The position numbers and the translations under genes were made by a program. DNA of 63,974 nucleotides, filler included. It is 8 parts of 8 records of this genome, joined end to end, with 100 filler letters (N's around TTAATTAATTAA, not from the genome) between each part and the next. Parts side by side here need not be neighbours in the genome. Positions count along the whole stretch, not along the records: positions 10,904 to 20,210 come from SRR31147125_77544; positions 20,311 to 25,644 come from SRR31147125_77583; 6 more parts are not named here. One strand, 5' to 3'. The notes beneath the pieces were generated by a model. It was not told the origin of the DNA. It saw only the letters and a program-made list of their open reading frames with translations, and did no database searches. Position 1 is the stretch's first letter; each line of letters opens with the position of its first letter. This document shows, piece by piece, positions 10,904 to 21,254 of the stretch.

Positions 10904-12147
10904 AAAAATCCCAACAACTTTTGGGATGAAAAATAATCCGTAAATTCCAGGGAGCGATTATCCTCCATCAGGATCCTGCCATTCAACAACAGTGTACTTT
11001 CCCCGGCTGCCAGACGCGCCGACGTCATGGATTGGATAAGGGCAATTCGCAGAAAAAAAGGCATCAGGTTATTCAACGACGGATCAGAGGCCATGCTTAA
11101 ATTATATTCATGTTGCCCGTCTGCTGCAGAGGTTTGCACCAATCTGATTGGAATCATGGCTGGTTTCCTGGATAAATCCCCGAACACTCCTGCCATCCTG
11201 TCCTGACGAAACGTACCTATAATGTTAGAAGATATGGACATTTTATTCGAACCCATCATACTGGGTAATGTCGCCAGAATATGAGCACGAGCGAGCGGCA
11301 AATTAATCGGCCCCAGATTAAAAACATAATGGCCAAAAGCCAATAACATATCATTGTTAACCGCCGTAACTGTACCTGTCGTTTCTATGCTATAATCACC
11401 ATCTATAAATACCTGAGCAACTGCTGAACCCGGTTTGATTTCACCTGTATCTGACTCTTGAACCTGAGATTGACCGCCACCCGGGATAGAAACAAAGCCC
11501 ATTGAAGCGAAAATATCTCTGTACTGTTCCATAATGCGATCATTGAATCCGGAAAAAACCAATGGAGACTGAATATTGCTAAAAACACCTGTCGTTTGAT
11601 GAATATCATGGGAAAAAGAGGAGACCAGATCCGCCCAGAAATCACTATCCGAATTCGCAAAAGTTAAATCCATATAATTGGGTAATAGTGACGTACGAAC
11701 GGGTTCATCGAGTTTTCTGTTATTTTCCTTGCTAGCGACTTCAAACATATTCCCAATTGGCATGACACCGCCAATTGGCTCTTTCATAAACTGACCAAAG
11801 CGGTAAGCCAAAGCGCCTACCAGTTTACCGTCTATATAGACCGGACTGCCACTCATGCCACTTACAACACCGGTATATTCAGCTTTTTCCCCTGTTAAAC
11901 GAACAAGAATAACATCTCGTTTGGGGTAAAAATTTTTGACAATATCGATGACCTCGACGCCAAATTCTTCAATTTTATCCCCATAAAAAACCGTTTTCCC
12001 AACACCGGTCATCCCCGCTTTGACATCTTTAATCTCCATGATTGGGACACCCCAATTGTCATTACCCCAGAGAAGCGAATGGAAAATCAATAAAAATAAA
12101 ATACAAATATTTTTTCTGGTTACATTCATCACTTTTTTGAACCACAT
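10904..12147 (-). CDS. SpoIVB peptidase S55 domain protein, secreted; 3' truncated
   Basis: Signal peptide; VKAGMTGVGKTVF, GVVSGMSGSPVYIDGKLVGAL and LLAFGH motifs. Confidence 0.85.
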
Positions 12148-12374
12148 AAAAGTCTATAACACTAATATAAATTATCAGATAGATTTCAATATACAATCAA
12201 TCCTTTTCTTTGTTATTTTTCGCGAAAAGAGGTCGAAAAATAATTAGAATAATAATTAATATATTGATTAATTAACCTCAAGTCAAGCCAAAACTCCAGG
12301 GCTATTTATCTGTAAAACAAAAGGATACTTTATCCAACCTGATAAGAAACAACGCTGAGACAAACTACAAAATA

Positions 12375-13064
12375 TCAATAATTGAAAGACTCTCCCAACT
12401 TTAAAATCTGTGACCTAAGCCCTGCCTTTTTCATTTTCTTTGAAAATTCGTAAGGATCCGCTTCAATAACATCAAAGGTATTGTAATGCATGGGGATCGT
12501 TAATTTGGGCTGTAGTAATTCTGCTGCCTTGACAGCATCATCACTGCCCATTGTAAAATTATCACCAATAGGTAACAATGCAATGTCTATGGCATTCAGT
12601 TCGCCAATAAGCTTCATATCCATAAACAAGCCGGTATCACCAGCATGATAAACGACTTTACCACCTAACGTGACCAGAAAACCACAGGGATTCCCCATAT
12701 AAGCTAATGCATCTCCACCCAAATCAAGTCCCGATCCATGGTGAGCAATGGTTAGCTTTACTCTCCCAAATGGAAAATGAAACGCCCCGCCAATATGCAT
12801 GGGATGTGCCTTGCAATCCTTGTTCTGACAATAAATAGCCAATTCATAAGGGGCAATAATAGTTGCATCATTTGCTTTTGCGATCTCAATTCCATCCCCG
12901 ATATGATCTCCATGTCCATGCGTAATGAGTACATAGTCCGCTTTAACATCTTCGGGTTTGGTGACAACATTAGGATTACCTGTAAGAAATGGATCGAATA
13001 CTAGCCGCACTCCCTTATCTTCAATATAAAAGGCATCGTGACCAAAATAAGTTAATTTTGGCAT
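12375..13064 (-). CDS. Metal-dependent hydrolase, metallo-beta-lactamase fold (UPF0173 type)
   Basis: ITHGHGDH, YHAGDT, LLPIGDNFTM and IPMHY motifs. Confidence 0.9.
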   Translation of the reverse strand: MPKLTYFGHDAFYIEDKGVRLVFDPFLTGNPNVVTKPEDVKADYVLITHGHGDHIGDGIEIAKANDATIIAPYELAIYCQNKDCKAHPMHIGGAFHFPFGRVKLTIAHHGSGLDLGGDALAYMGNPCGFLVTLGGKVVYHAGDTGLFMDMKLIGELNAIDIALLPIGDNFTMGSDDAVKAAELLQPKLTIPMHYNTFDVIEADPYEFSKKMKKAGLRSQILKLGESFNY

Positions 13065-13179
13065 GGTTATTCCTCTCTAAAAGTACGTGCTGTTTATTAA
13101 AAATAGTGATTTTTCCATTCATAAATAGTATTACAGCAATCAACTATTTATGTTAATTCTCCTGACAACTTTTCCAGAG

Positions 13180-13895
13180 TTACAGATCACCACCCATTGG
13201 TCGCATTACAACTTCTTCGACCATTGTACCAGAGTTATTACATATACTCACAATTCCCGACGCTACCTGTTCAGGAGTCATCATCTTTTTTCTGTCAACA
13301 TTCGCCTCCCCCAAATAGCCGTGTCTGTGGCCCCGGGCAGAAAGGATGTTACCTGAATTCCCTTTGTCCTGACCTCCATACGTAATACCTCGGTAAATCC
13401 GAGCAATCCATATTTTGAAGCACAATACCCACCACAATTTAAGAAAGGGGTTTTTCCAGCGACAGAGACGATATTAATAATATGTCCTGATTTATTCTCC
13501 AACATGGAAGGTAGCACAGCTTGAGCACATAGAAAAGCGGACTTTAGGTTAACGTCCATCATTTCGTCCCACTCTTTTTCATGCAAATCTTCAATTTTCT
13601 TGAAAATACCTGTGCCAGCATTGTTGACAAGTGTGTTAATAGCCCCCCACTTTTCATTTACGCTTTGTACTAATTTGGTAACATCCACTCTTTTTGAAAC
13701 GTCACAAGGAATGGCTATCACTTCTCCCTGACTCGTTTTAATGTCCTGAGCTGTTTCATTCAACTCGGATTCCGTACGTGCGGACAAAACGACCCTGGCC
13801 CCTTTTTCAGCCAACGCTATTGCTATGGCCCGACCAATCCCTCTTCCACTACCCGTAATCCAGCATACCCGGCCATTGATATTGTTTTCATTCAT
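13180..13895 (-). CDS. Short-chain dehydrogenase/reductase, sepiapterin-reductase-like; frameshift in the G-run near 13308-13312
   Basis: TGSGRGIG, NNAG and YCASK motifs; repaired C-terminus AIWGEANVDRKKMMTPEQVA...VEEVVMRPMGGDL; 1 nt gap from folE. Confidence 0.8.
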
Positions 13896-13896
13896 A

Positions 13897-14457
13897 CTAG
13901 TCCCTGTTTTGCAATAATTCCAAAAACTCTAACCGTGTTTCACGGCTCGTTTTAAAAGAACCCAACATAGCGCTGGAAGTAACAAAACTATTTTGTTTTT
14001 CCACACCTCGCATCATCATACACAAATGCTTTCCTTCAACAACCACAGCAACGCCATAGGGATCTAATATATCCTTAAGAGTTGAGGCAATCTGATTTGT
14101 CATACGTTCCTGAACTTGCAGGCGACGGGCAAACATATCCACCAACCGGGGTATTTTGCTCAATCCGATTATTTTTCCTTTCGGAAGATAAGCGACATGA
14201 ACTTTACCATAAAATGGTAGCATATGATGTTCACACATGCTATAAAATTCAATGTTTTTTACAAGGACCATCTCATTACATTCTTCAGTGAAAAGAGCAT
14301 CGTTTAAGACCTCCTCCAGATCCATATCATAGCCCCTTGTTAAATACTTTAAAGCCCGCTCAACACGCTCAGGAGTCCGTACCAATCCCTCTCTCTCCGG
14401 ATCTTCACCCAATAGTGGTAACAGTTCTCTTACAAGTGGCTCAATACTATTTGTCAT
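13897..14457 (-). CDS. folE: GTP cyclohydrolase I
   Basis: [43 protein letters not shown] and HLCMMMRGV motifs. Confidence 0.97.
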   Translation of the reverse strand: MTNSIEPLVRELLPLLGEDPEREGLVRTPERVERALKYLTRGYDMDLEEVLNDALFTEECNEMVLVKNIEFYSMCEHHMLPFYGKVHVAYLPKGKIIGLSKIPRLVDMFARRLQVQERMTNQIASTLKDILDPYGVAVVVEGKHLCMMMRGVEKQNSFVTSSAMLGSFKTSRETRLEFLELLQNRD

Positions 14458-14873
14458 TATTCTTCCCCTCTGTAAATAACAATATTCCTTGGTGTCTCAT
14501 ATAATTTAAGTTCATACAAACATCCTTTTTTGATTTTGTCGACAAGTAAGTTCCAAAATGCGATGACAATATTTTCCGCAGTAGGTACAATACCATGCAT
14601 AAAATCAACATCGACATTTAGATGCTTGTGATCAACTTTATCAATGACCTCCTTGTTGACAATTTCTTTTAACTCATTTAAATCGATGACCATACCCGTT
14701 ACAGGATCTGGCTCACCTGAAACAGTCACTTCCAATTCATAATTATGACCATGACCCATCAGGTTATTGCAATGTCCATAAACTTCAGCATTTTTATGGT
14801 CATCCAGCAATTCACTATGAAGTCTATGCGCGGCACTAAAATGAAAATGCCGTGTAAGATAAACAATCGGCAT
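14457..14873 (-). CDS. 6-pyruvoyl-tetrahydropterin synthase family (T-fold) with the PTPS-II signature
   Basis: [16 protein letters not shown] (CX5HGH), TGMVID, DHKHLN, TAENI and ETPRN motifs; stop overlaps the folE start. Confidence 0.9.
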   Translation of the reverse strand: MPIVYLTRHFHFSAAHRLHSELLDDHKNAEVYGHCNNLMGHGHNYELEVTVSGEPDPVTGMVIDLNELKEIVNKEVIDKVDHKHLNVDVDFMHGIVPTAENIVIAFWNLLVDKIKKGCLYELKLYETPRNIVIYRGEE

Positions 14874-15005
14874 ACCCTACTTTCTCCCAAACAATCTATA
14901 AAAAACCTTTAATATTCGGTCTGAAAACCAGACACTTTAAAAAACAATCTGGACTCCTAAATAATCCCAATTTCTTAAAGAGGGTAAAATTGACTTTGCT
15001 TAATA

Positions 15006-16273
15006 TCATACCGGATTTGAAACAGTTGAATATTCCAGGGAGCCATTACCCGTTTTGGCATCTGCTTTCTTTAACAAATAGGCAAACAACATACCGGCGA
15101 ATCCAAGGATTGAAAATATCCACATTCCTAATTTATAGCCACCACTGATATCATTGGAAAATCCGATCAACAGGTTAAAACCAGCCAGGCCAATATTTTG
15201 AATCATTGTCATTAATCCATAGGCTGTTCCAAGCCGTTCCTGCTCCACAATAAGCGCAACAGATGGCCACATGGCAGCCGGGACCAGAGAAAAGGCGATT
15301 CCCATCATAACCATGGATACGAGAGGATGAAATGGCGTATAGATAAGCATCAAATAAACGGGGATCAATAAAATGGACCCAAACATCATCAGTGTTGCAC
15401 GTCTGCCAACTTTATCCACTAACAGACCAAACAAAGGTGTTCCGATCATCGAGGCAAATGTGATAAAGCTTGAAGTAAAACCTGCCATACTGCGACTTAT
15501 CCCATGATGTTCCATAAAAAATTTGACGGCAAATGTCTGGAACGGGAATACAGCGGAATAAAAGGTGACGCACAACAGAGTAATATACCAAAAGGATGGA
15601 TTCATTTTAAATATACTTTTCAAACTCACTTTATCGACTTTTTCCGTTTGCCCAAGAGAATATTTTTTTCAGCATTTGCTTCCAGCACAAAATAGATAAT
15701 CACAGCCAAAACAGAAATAATGCCTGCGACGACAGCAATCAGCAGCGGATACTGCCACCTGCTAAATAAAGCTTTTGCCCAGGTAGGCGAATTAAGAGCT
15801 GCAAACGAACCCAGTCGGGCAATTGTTAAATTTAATCCAAAAGCAAACGACAACTCTTTACCCTTGAACCATTTTGCGATCACTGTTGTAATGGCAACAA
15901 TCAAAGACTCGGCACCCAGGCCAAAAACAAGCCGTCCGGTTGCCATTATTAACAGATCACCCTTTAATGCCGTAATGATAGCTCCGGTCATACAAAATGC
16001 GGCAAACATAATCGAGGCTTTTTTCGTACCAATCCGATCGATAAGAATGCCACCGATTAACACCATTATTATATTGGGAATACTATAAATGGCATTTAGT
16101 AATCCGATATTCGCATCAGAAAATTTTAATTGCGCTTTGAGCAAGTCGGCTAGCGGGCTAATGCTATCATAAATATAATAATTACCAAACATTGCAAGGC
16201 TAATAAAAACGAGAACACTCCACCGATACAAAGATGAAGGTTGTTTTTCTAAACGAGTACCCAGGTTGGTCAT
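15006..16273 (-). CDS. MFS transporter, MFSD1-like; frameshift near 15630-15660
   Basis: Two halves of about 6 TM each in consecutive ORFs; GILIDRIG and GLLVDKVGRR MFS loop motifs; N-terminal RWSVLVFISLAMFGNYYIYD. Confidence 0.85.
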
Positions 16274-16430
16274 CTTTTCTTCTCCTATAGTTTATAAAAC
16301 CTTAAGAAACAAAATCCTTTTCATGATTACAAGTCTTTTTTATCAATCTATCAAAACACAAAAAATTATATCATTTATTATTTTACCAATGTACATTATC
16401 TGCCTGTTATATGATGAGTTAATTATAAGC

Positions 16431-16459
16431 TTGACATTAATTATGAGAATTTCTATAAT
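16431..16459 (+). promoter_or_regulatory. Consensus sigma70 promoter of the antiporter gene
   Basis: TTGACA (16431-16436), 17-nt spacer, TATAAT (16454-16459): a perfect match. Confidence 0.8.
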
Positions 16460-16509
16460 CATAATCATATACAAAAGCACATTTTTCATTTTTTAAAAGG
16501 AATCTATCT

Positions 16510-18273
16510 ATAGAATCGTTTGGACATACACTATTTGCCCTGGGCCTCTGCTATATTGCTGCTCTTTTTATCGGACATTTTATTATCAAATTACACATCC
16601 CGCGTGTGACGGGTTATTTGATCATTGGTATTTTTGCAGGTCCATCATTTGCCGATCTTTTGGGAATGCCAGCCCTTATCAGCTGGACATCGCTCGATAA
16701 TCTTAAATTTTTATCTGAAATCGCACTTGCTCTCATCATGTTTGCCATTGGAGGACAGTTCCGCAGTGAATATTTACGCCGCTGGGGTCGGCAATTATTC
16801 ACCCTTTCATGCTTTGAAATCGGGATCACCTTTCTGTTCGTTTCACTGGCCTTTTTTGTGGCAAACTTTTTCATTTTACACTCTTTTATAGATCCCCAAA
16901 CCGGACTTTTTCTTTCTTCTCTGCAAATGGCTATTTTCGTCGCCATCATTGCCATCGCAACAGCTCCGGCAGCCACTCTCCTGGTCATTCGTGAATACGA
17001 GTCTAACGGACCTGTTACAGAAATTGTCCTCGCACTGGTCGGTCTGAATAATTTCATCTCGATTTTTATTTTTAATATATTCTCATTTATTGTTATTCAA
17101 AATGGCAGCTCATTTAGCAGCTTTCTCACTACCAGTTTAGGCCCTATTGCGATTGGTATTTTCATCGGATTCATTATCAGCGTCTGGGCCCAGGAAATTG
17201 AAACCCCGAACGAGATACAATTGCTTTTGCTAGGTGGTATTATTGGCTACACTGGAATATCCCATATCCTTCAGATTGATACATTTTTAGGTTGTTTTTT
17301 CATGGGCGTCACCATTTCCAACGCCTCTCCCAAAGTTGTTCCCCTGTTTACATCCCTACGAAAAATCGAATATCCGATTTATGTTCTCTTTTTTATCATT
17401 GCCGGAGCCAGTTTACATATTGACACAATACCTCATCTGGGATATCTTGGGGTTCTATATATTGCTATGAGATTCGCAGGCAAATTTATTGGCACATGGA
17501 TTGGTGCCCGTGTTGGAAAGTTTGGTGAAATTGAACGCAAATGGATTGGTTATACATTACTCGCGCAGGCAGGTGTTGCCATCGGACTCTCCCAAACGTT
17601 AGCACGAACCTGGCCTGAAGGTGGACAAATAATCCAAACGATCGTACTTGGTTCTGTAGTGATATTCGAACTCATTGGCCCTATTGCCGTAAGACATGGA
17701 TTAGTAAAAGCCGGAGAAGTCCCCATTCTTAATCTTTTGGCAAAAAGAGCACCGGAAAACTCTTACGAAGGTTTGCATCATGTCCTGGAACACTTTCGCT
17801 CCTCTGTCGGCATCCCGATTGGCCATAAACTCAATAGTCCGGCCGACATTCAAGTCCAGCACGTAATGAGAAAAAACGTTGAAACTATTCTTGAAACCAC
17901 CCCGTTCAATGAACTATTACGTAGAATATCTCACAGCAAATATGACAGATTTCCAGTTGTAAACTCGGACAAACAATTTATTGGTCTTATCGATTACCAG
18001 GATATCCGCGAGATTCTTTTTGATGATACGCTTTCAAGTCTCGTGGTTGCCAAAGATCTCTTAAAACAGGAAGCAATAGCTCTTTACCCAAACCAAACAT
18101 TGGGTGATGTGTTGGCCATTTTCCAAATACATACCAATATCAGCTATCTTCCTGTAGTAGACAATGATGCGGCAGAAAAGCTTTTAGGCATCATTAGCCA
18201 AAACGATGTGTTGGCTGCCTTTCGTAGTCATAAAATACCCAAAATTAACAATAAATATAGAAATAACAAATAG
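16510..18273 (+). CDS. Cation:proton antiporter with C-terminal CBS pair
   Basis: IPRVTGYLIIG, ATAPAATL and AQAGVAIGL motifs plus CBS domains; the frame stays open upstream of GTG 16606 and includes the first TM helix. Confidence 0.85.
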   Translation: MESFGHTLFALGLCYIAALFIGHFIIKLHIPRVTGYLIIGIFAGPSFADLLGMPALISWTSLDNLKFLSEIALALIMFAIGGQFRSEYLRRWGRQLFTLSCFEIGITFLFVSLAFFVANFFILHSFIDPQTGLFLSSLQMAIFVAIIAIATAPAATLLVIREYESNGPVTEIVLALVGLNNFISIFIFNIFSFIVIQNGSSFSSFLTTSLGPIAIGIFIGFIISVWAQEIETPNEIQLLLLGGIIGYTGISHILQIDTFLGCFFMGVTISNASPKVVPLFTSLRKIEYPIYVLFFIIAGASLHIDTIPHLGYLGVLYIAMRFAGKFIGTWIGARVGKFGEIERKWIGYTLLAQAGVAIGLSQTLARTWPEGGQIIQTIVLGSVVIFELIGPIAVRHGLVKAGEVPILNLLAKRAPENSYEGLHHVLEHFRSSVGIPIGHKLNSPADIQVQHVMRKNVETILETTPFNELLRRISHSKYDRFPVVNSDKQFIGLIDYQDIREILFDDTLSSLVVAKDLLKQEAIALYPNQTLGDVLAIFQIHTNISYLPVVDNDAAEKLLGIISQNDVLAAFRSHKIPKINNKYRNNK

Positions 18274-18304
18274 TTCAACTATCATATTACAAGGAAAATA
18301 AAAA

Positions 18305-18934
18305 GTGCAAAGCGAAAAAAGTCCCTGGACATCTATGTTACTTGACCCAAAAAACACCATAAGGCAGATCGTTGATACAAATCCACACGAAAAAGTGCTT
18401 TTTCTTACAGCACTCGGTGGATTCGGTCAAATTCTGAGTAATGCCTCTGCCAGAGGACTTGGAGAATTCGTTCCATTTCATTTGGTTATTTTCATGTGCA
18501 TCATTTTTGGTCCTATAAGTGGACTCATATCCCTCCATCTCGGAGGATTTATTATGCATCTGATCAGCCAAAAGTTAGGTGGAATCGCTTCCAGAGATGA
18601 GATAAAGGCGGCCATTGCCTGGGCCTGGGTTCCCATTGTAATGATGTTGCCCCTGTGGATTGTAAAAGTTATTTTTTTCCGTCACGAACTTTTCCTTAGC
18701 AAAACACCAATCATCGACTCGCAACCTGTCTTGTCCACTCTTTTTGGATTTTTTACTTTTATCGACCTGATCATTTCAATCTGGTCCCTTTTAATTTTGT
18801 ATGTCACTCTGAGCGAAGTCAATAAATTTTCTACATGGCGAGGGTTTGGGACGGTTGTTCTATCCGGCCTGATAGTGAGCATCCCGGTTCTTATTCTCCT
18901 CTATCTGACCGGCGTACCTGCAAATCTCATGTAA
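18305..18934 (+). CDS. Yip1 family membrane protein
   Basis: SPWTSMLLDPKNTIRQI N-terminus; about 5 TM; LSEVNKFSTWRG. Confidence 0.75.
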   Translation: MQSEKSPWTSMLLDPKNTIRQIVDTNPHEKVLFLTALGGFGQILSNASARGLGEFVPFHLVIFMCIIFGPISGLISLHLGGFIMHLISQKLGGIASRDEIKAAIAWAWVPIVMMLPLWIVKVIFFRHELFLSKTPIIDSQPVLSTLFGFFTFIDLIISIWSLLILYVTLSEVNKFSTWRGFGTVVLSGLIVSIPVLILLYLTGVPANLM

Positions 18935-19175
18935 TCAACGAAACACATCTGACAAACAGAGTCACACACCCAAAACCAGCTGGTTGCAAAGTCCGATCAG
19001 CCACCGTGTGACAATAAATCCGGTTTTGCAAAACAAAAACAATGTCCCAATAATCGGATTTAACAATAAGTAAAAACAGCCTGTTTTAAAACTGCTATTT
19101 TAACAAATAAACTTAAATCCCAGGTCTATCCTTGCCATTCGAATTAACATATCATTTCATATAAAGGATTTCCAT

Positions 19176-20120
19176 ATGAATAAAAGAAAACTTGGTATAA
19201 ACGGACCCGATTTAACAGAGATCGGTCTGGGAGCATGGGCAATTGGTGGCCCGTGGCAATGGGGTTGGGGCCCATCCGACGACAACGAATCGATAAATAC
19301 CATCCACGCAGCCCTGGATGTGGGCATCAACTGGATCGACACAGCCGCCTCTTACGGCCTGGGTCATTCTGAAGAAATCGTGGGCAAAGCCCTGAAAGGT
19401 AAAAGAGATCAGGTTTATATTGCAACAAAATGCGGCATTGCCTGGAACAATAAAAATAAATTACGACACGATCTGACACCTTTAAATATTCGCCGCGAAC
19501 TGGAAGCGAGTTTGTCAAGATTACAAACGGACGTTATTGACCTTTATCAATTTCATTGGCCAGACCCAAAAACCAAAATTTATAACTCGTGGCGAGAAGT
19601 GGTTAAATTAAAGGAGGAAGGCAAGATTCGTTGGATAGGGGTCTCTAATTTTGACGTTCCTTTGCTCCAAAAATGTGAAAAAATTCTCCATGTGGATTCT
19701 TTACAGCCACCTTATAATATGTTGAACCGAAATGTCGAATCCGAGATCCTACCCTATTGTCAGAAAACTGGAATTGGTGTCGTACCCTATAGCCCGATGA
19801 ATTCCGGGTTGTTGTCAGGAAAATTTGATATAAATAAACTGGCATCTGATGACTGGCGTCGTAAAAGCCCGAAATTTATGGAACCCCAGCTTTCTGATAA
19901 TCTGGCACTCGTTGAAAAATTACGGGGAATCGCGCTAAAGTATGATAAAACCGTGGGGCAATTGGCTGTAGCATGGGTCCTGAACCATCCTGCCGTCACA
20001 TCAGCTATTGTCGGCGCCAGGCGGGTTGATCAGGTGCAACAAAACATTTTAGCAGCAGGCTGGAAAATCGAACAGGACGATCTGCAGGAAATAGAAAACC
20101 TGCTTGCACAGAAAAACTGA
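19176..20120 (+). CDS. Aldo/keto reductase
   Basis: IGLGAWAIGG, IDTAASYG, ATKCG, DLYQFHWP and IGVSNF motifs. Confidence 0.95.
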   Translation: MNKRKLGINGPDLTEIGLGAWAIGGPWQWGWGPSDDNESINTIHAALDVGINWIDTAASYGLGHSEEIVGKALKGKRDQVYIATKCGIAWNNKNKLRHDLTPLNIRRELEASLSRLQTDVIDLYQFHWPDPKTKIYNSWREVVKLKEEGKIRWIGVSNFDVPLLQKCEKILHVDSLQPPYNMLNRNVESEILPYCQKTGIGVVPYSPMNSGLLSGKFDINKLASDDWRRKSPKFMEPQLSDNLALVEKLRGIALKYDKTVGQLAVAWVLNHPAVTSAIVGARRVDQVQQNILAAGWKIEQDDLQEIENLLAQKN

Positions 20121-20210
20121 CCCAATATCCTTTTTATAAAAAAAATCATTTACCTGATAAAATACTACCTTTACCTTAATAATCCCGGCACTAAAGTCCC
20201 CCTTGGCCAA

Positions 20211-20310
20211 NNNNNNNNNNNNNNNNNNNNNNNNNNNNNNNNNNNNNNNNNNNNTTAATTAATTAANNNNNNNNNNNNNNNNNNNNNNNNNNNNNNNNNN
20301 NNNNNNNNNN
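20211..20310. other. Artificial contig spacer 3
   Basis: Same linker. Confidence 0.98.
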
Positions 20311-20426
20311 GAATTACAACCCGGAAATTATCGGAGAGCCAGAAAAAAACATTTTGATTAATTCAAAGCTGTATGGGTGAAACCTCTCATTTTTATATAT
20401 TCAACATTAGCCCTTGCCCTTGTTGT

Positions 20427-21215
20427 CTAATCACCGTCCAGCATTCTGCCTAGGCCGCCGAGGACGGATCCTTCTCCACTGCTCTTGCCTCCGGCACTGG
20501 GTGCATGCTGTAAAATCCGGTCTGCCAGCCGTGAAAACGGAAGGCTTTGGAGATAAACCGTGCCATGCCCCTGGAGCGTGGCAAGGAAAAGCCCTTCCCC
20601 GCCGAAAAACATGGATTTAAGATTTCCTGCCCGCTGTATGTCATAATCGATTCCCTGGGTGAAGCAGACGATACATCCGGTATCCACCATTAGACATTCA
20701 CCGCTTAGCTGTTTTTTAACGATGGTACCGCCGGCATGGATAAATGCCATACCGTCTCCAATCAAGCGTTGGAGGATAAAACCCTCTCCTCCAAAAAAAC
20801 CGGTGCCCAGTTTTTTATTGAACGCAATGGTCACCTGGGTTCCTAGGGCGGCACACAGAAACGCATCTTTCTGACAGATCAGCTCCTGCCCTTCCTCGGC
20901 CATGTTCACAGGAATAATTTTCCCTGGATAAGGTGCTGCAAAAGCAACACGCTTTTTGCCGCTTCCCTGGTTTGTAAAATGGGTCATAAAAAGCGATTCA
21001 CCTGAAATAGCCCTTTTTCCCGCACCAAGGAGTTTGCCCATGAACCCCTTGTCCGGCTGGGCGCCATCCCCCATTTTTGCCTCGAAATAGATTTCTTCTT
21101 CCATCCAGTTCATGGCACCGGCTTCTGCAATGACCGTTTCTCCCGGGTCCAGTTCCACTTCTACGGTCTGCATGTCGTCACCAAATATTTCATAATCAAC
21201 TTCGTGGCATTTCAT
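20427..21215 (-). CDS. TIGR00266 / AIM24 family protein
   Basis: IAEAGAM, GESLF, FFGGEGF and DTGCIV motifs; AAGGAG SD before ATG 21215. Confidence 0.9.
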   Translation of the reverse strand: MKCHEVDYEIFGDDMQTVEVELDPGETVIAEAGAMNWMEEEIYFEAKMGDGAQPDKGFMGKLLGAGKRAISGESLFMTHFTNQGSGKKRVAFAAPYPGKIIPVNMAEEGQELICQKDAFLCAALGTQVTIAFNKKLGTGFFGGEGFILQRLIGDGMAFIHAGGTIVKKQLSGECLMVDTGCIVCFTQGIDYDIQRAGNLKSMFFGGEGLFLATLQGHGTVYLQSLPFSRLADRILQHAPSAGGKSSGEGSVLGGLGRMLDGD

Positions 21216-21254
21216 ATTAAATCTCCTTATGTAATTTGGACTCATTTCAAGTCG

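Noticed and set aside
14457-14873. queD / queuosine or 7-deazaguanine DNA-modification cluster
   Set aside because: The motif is CX5HGH rather than CX3HGH, and no queC, queE, queF or dpdA is present
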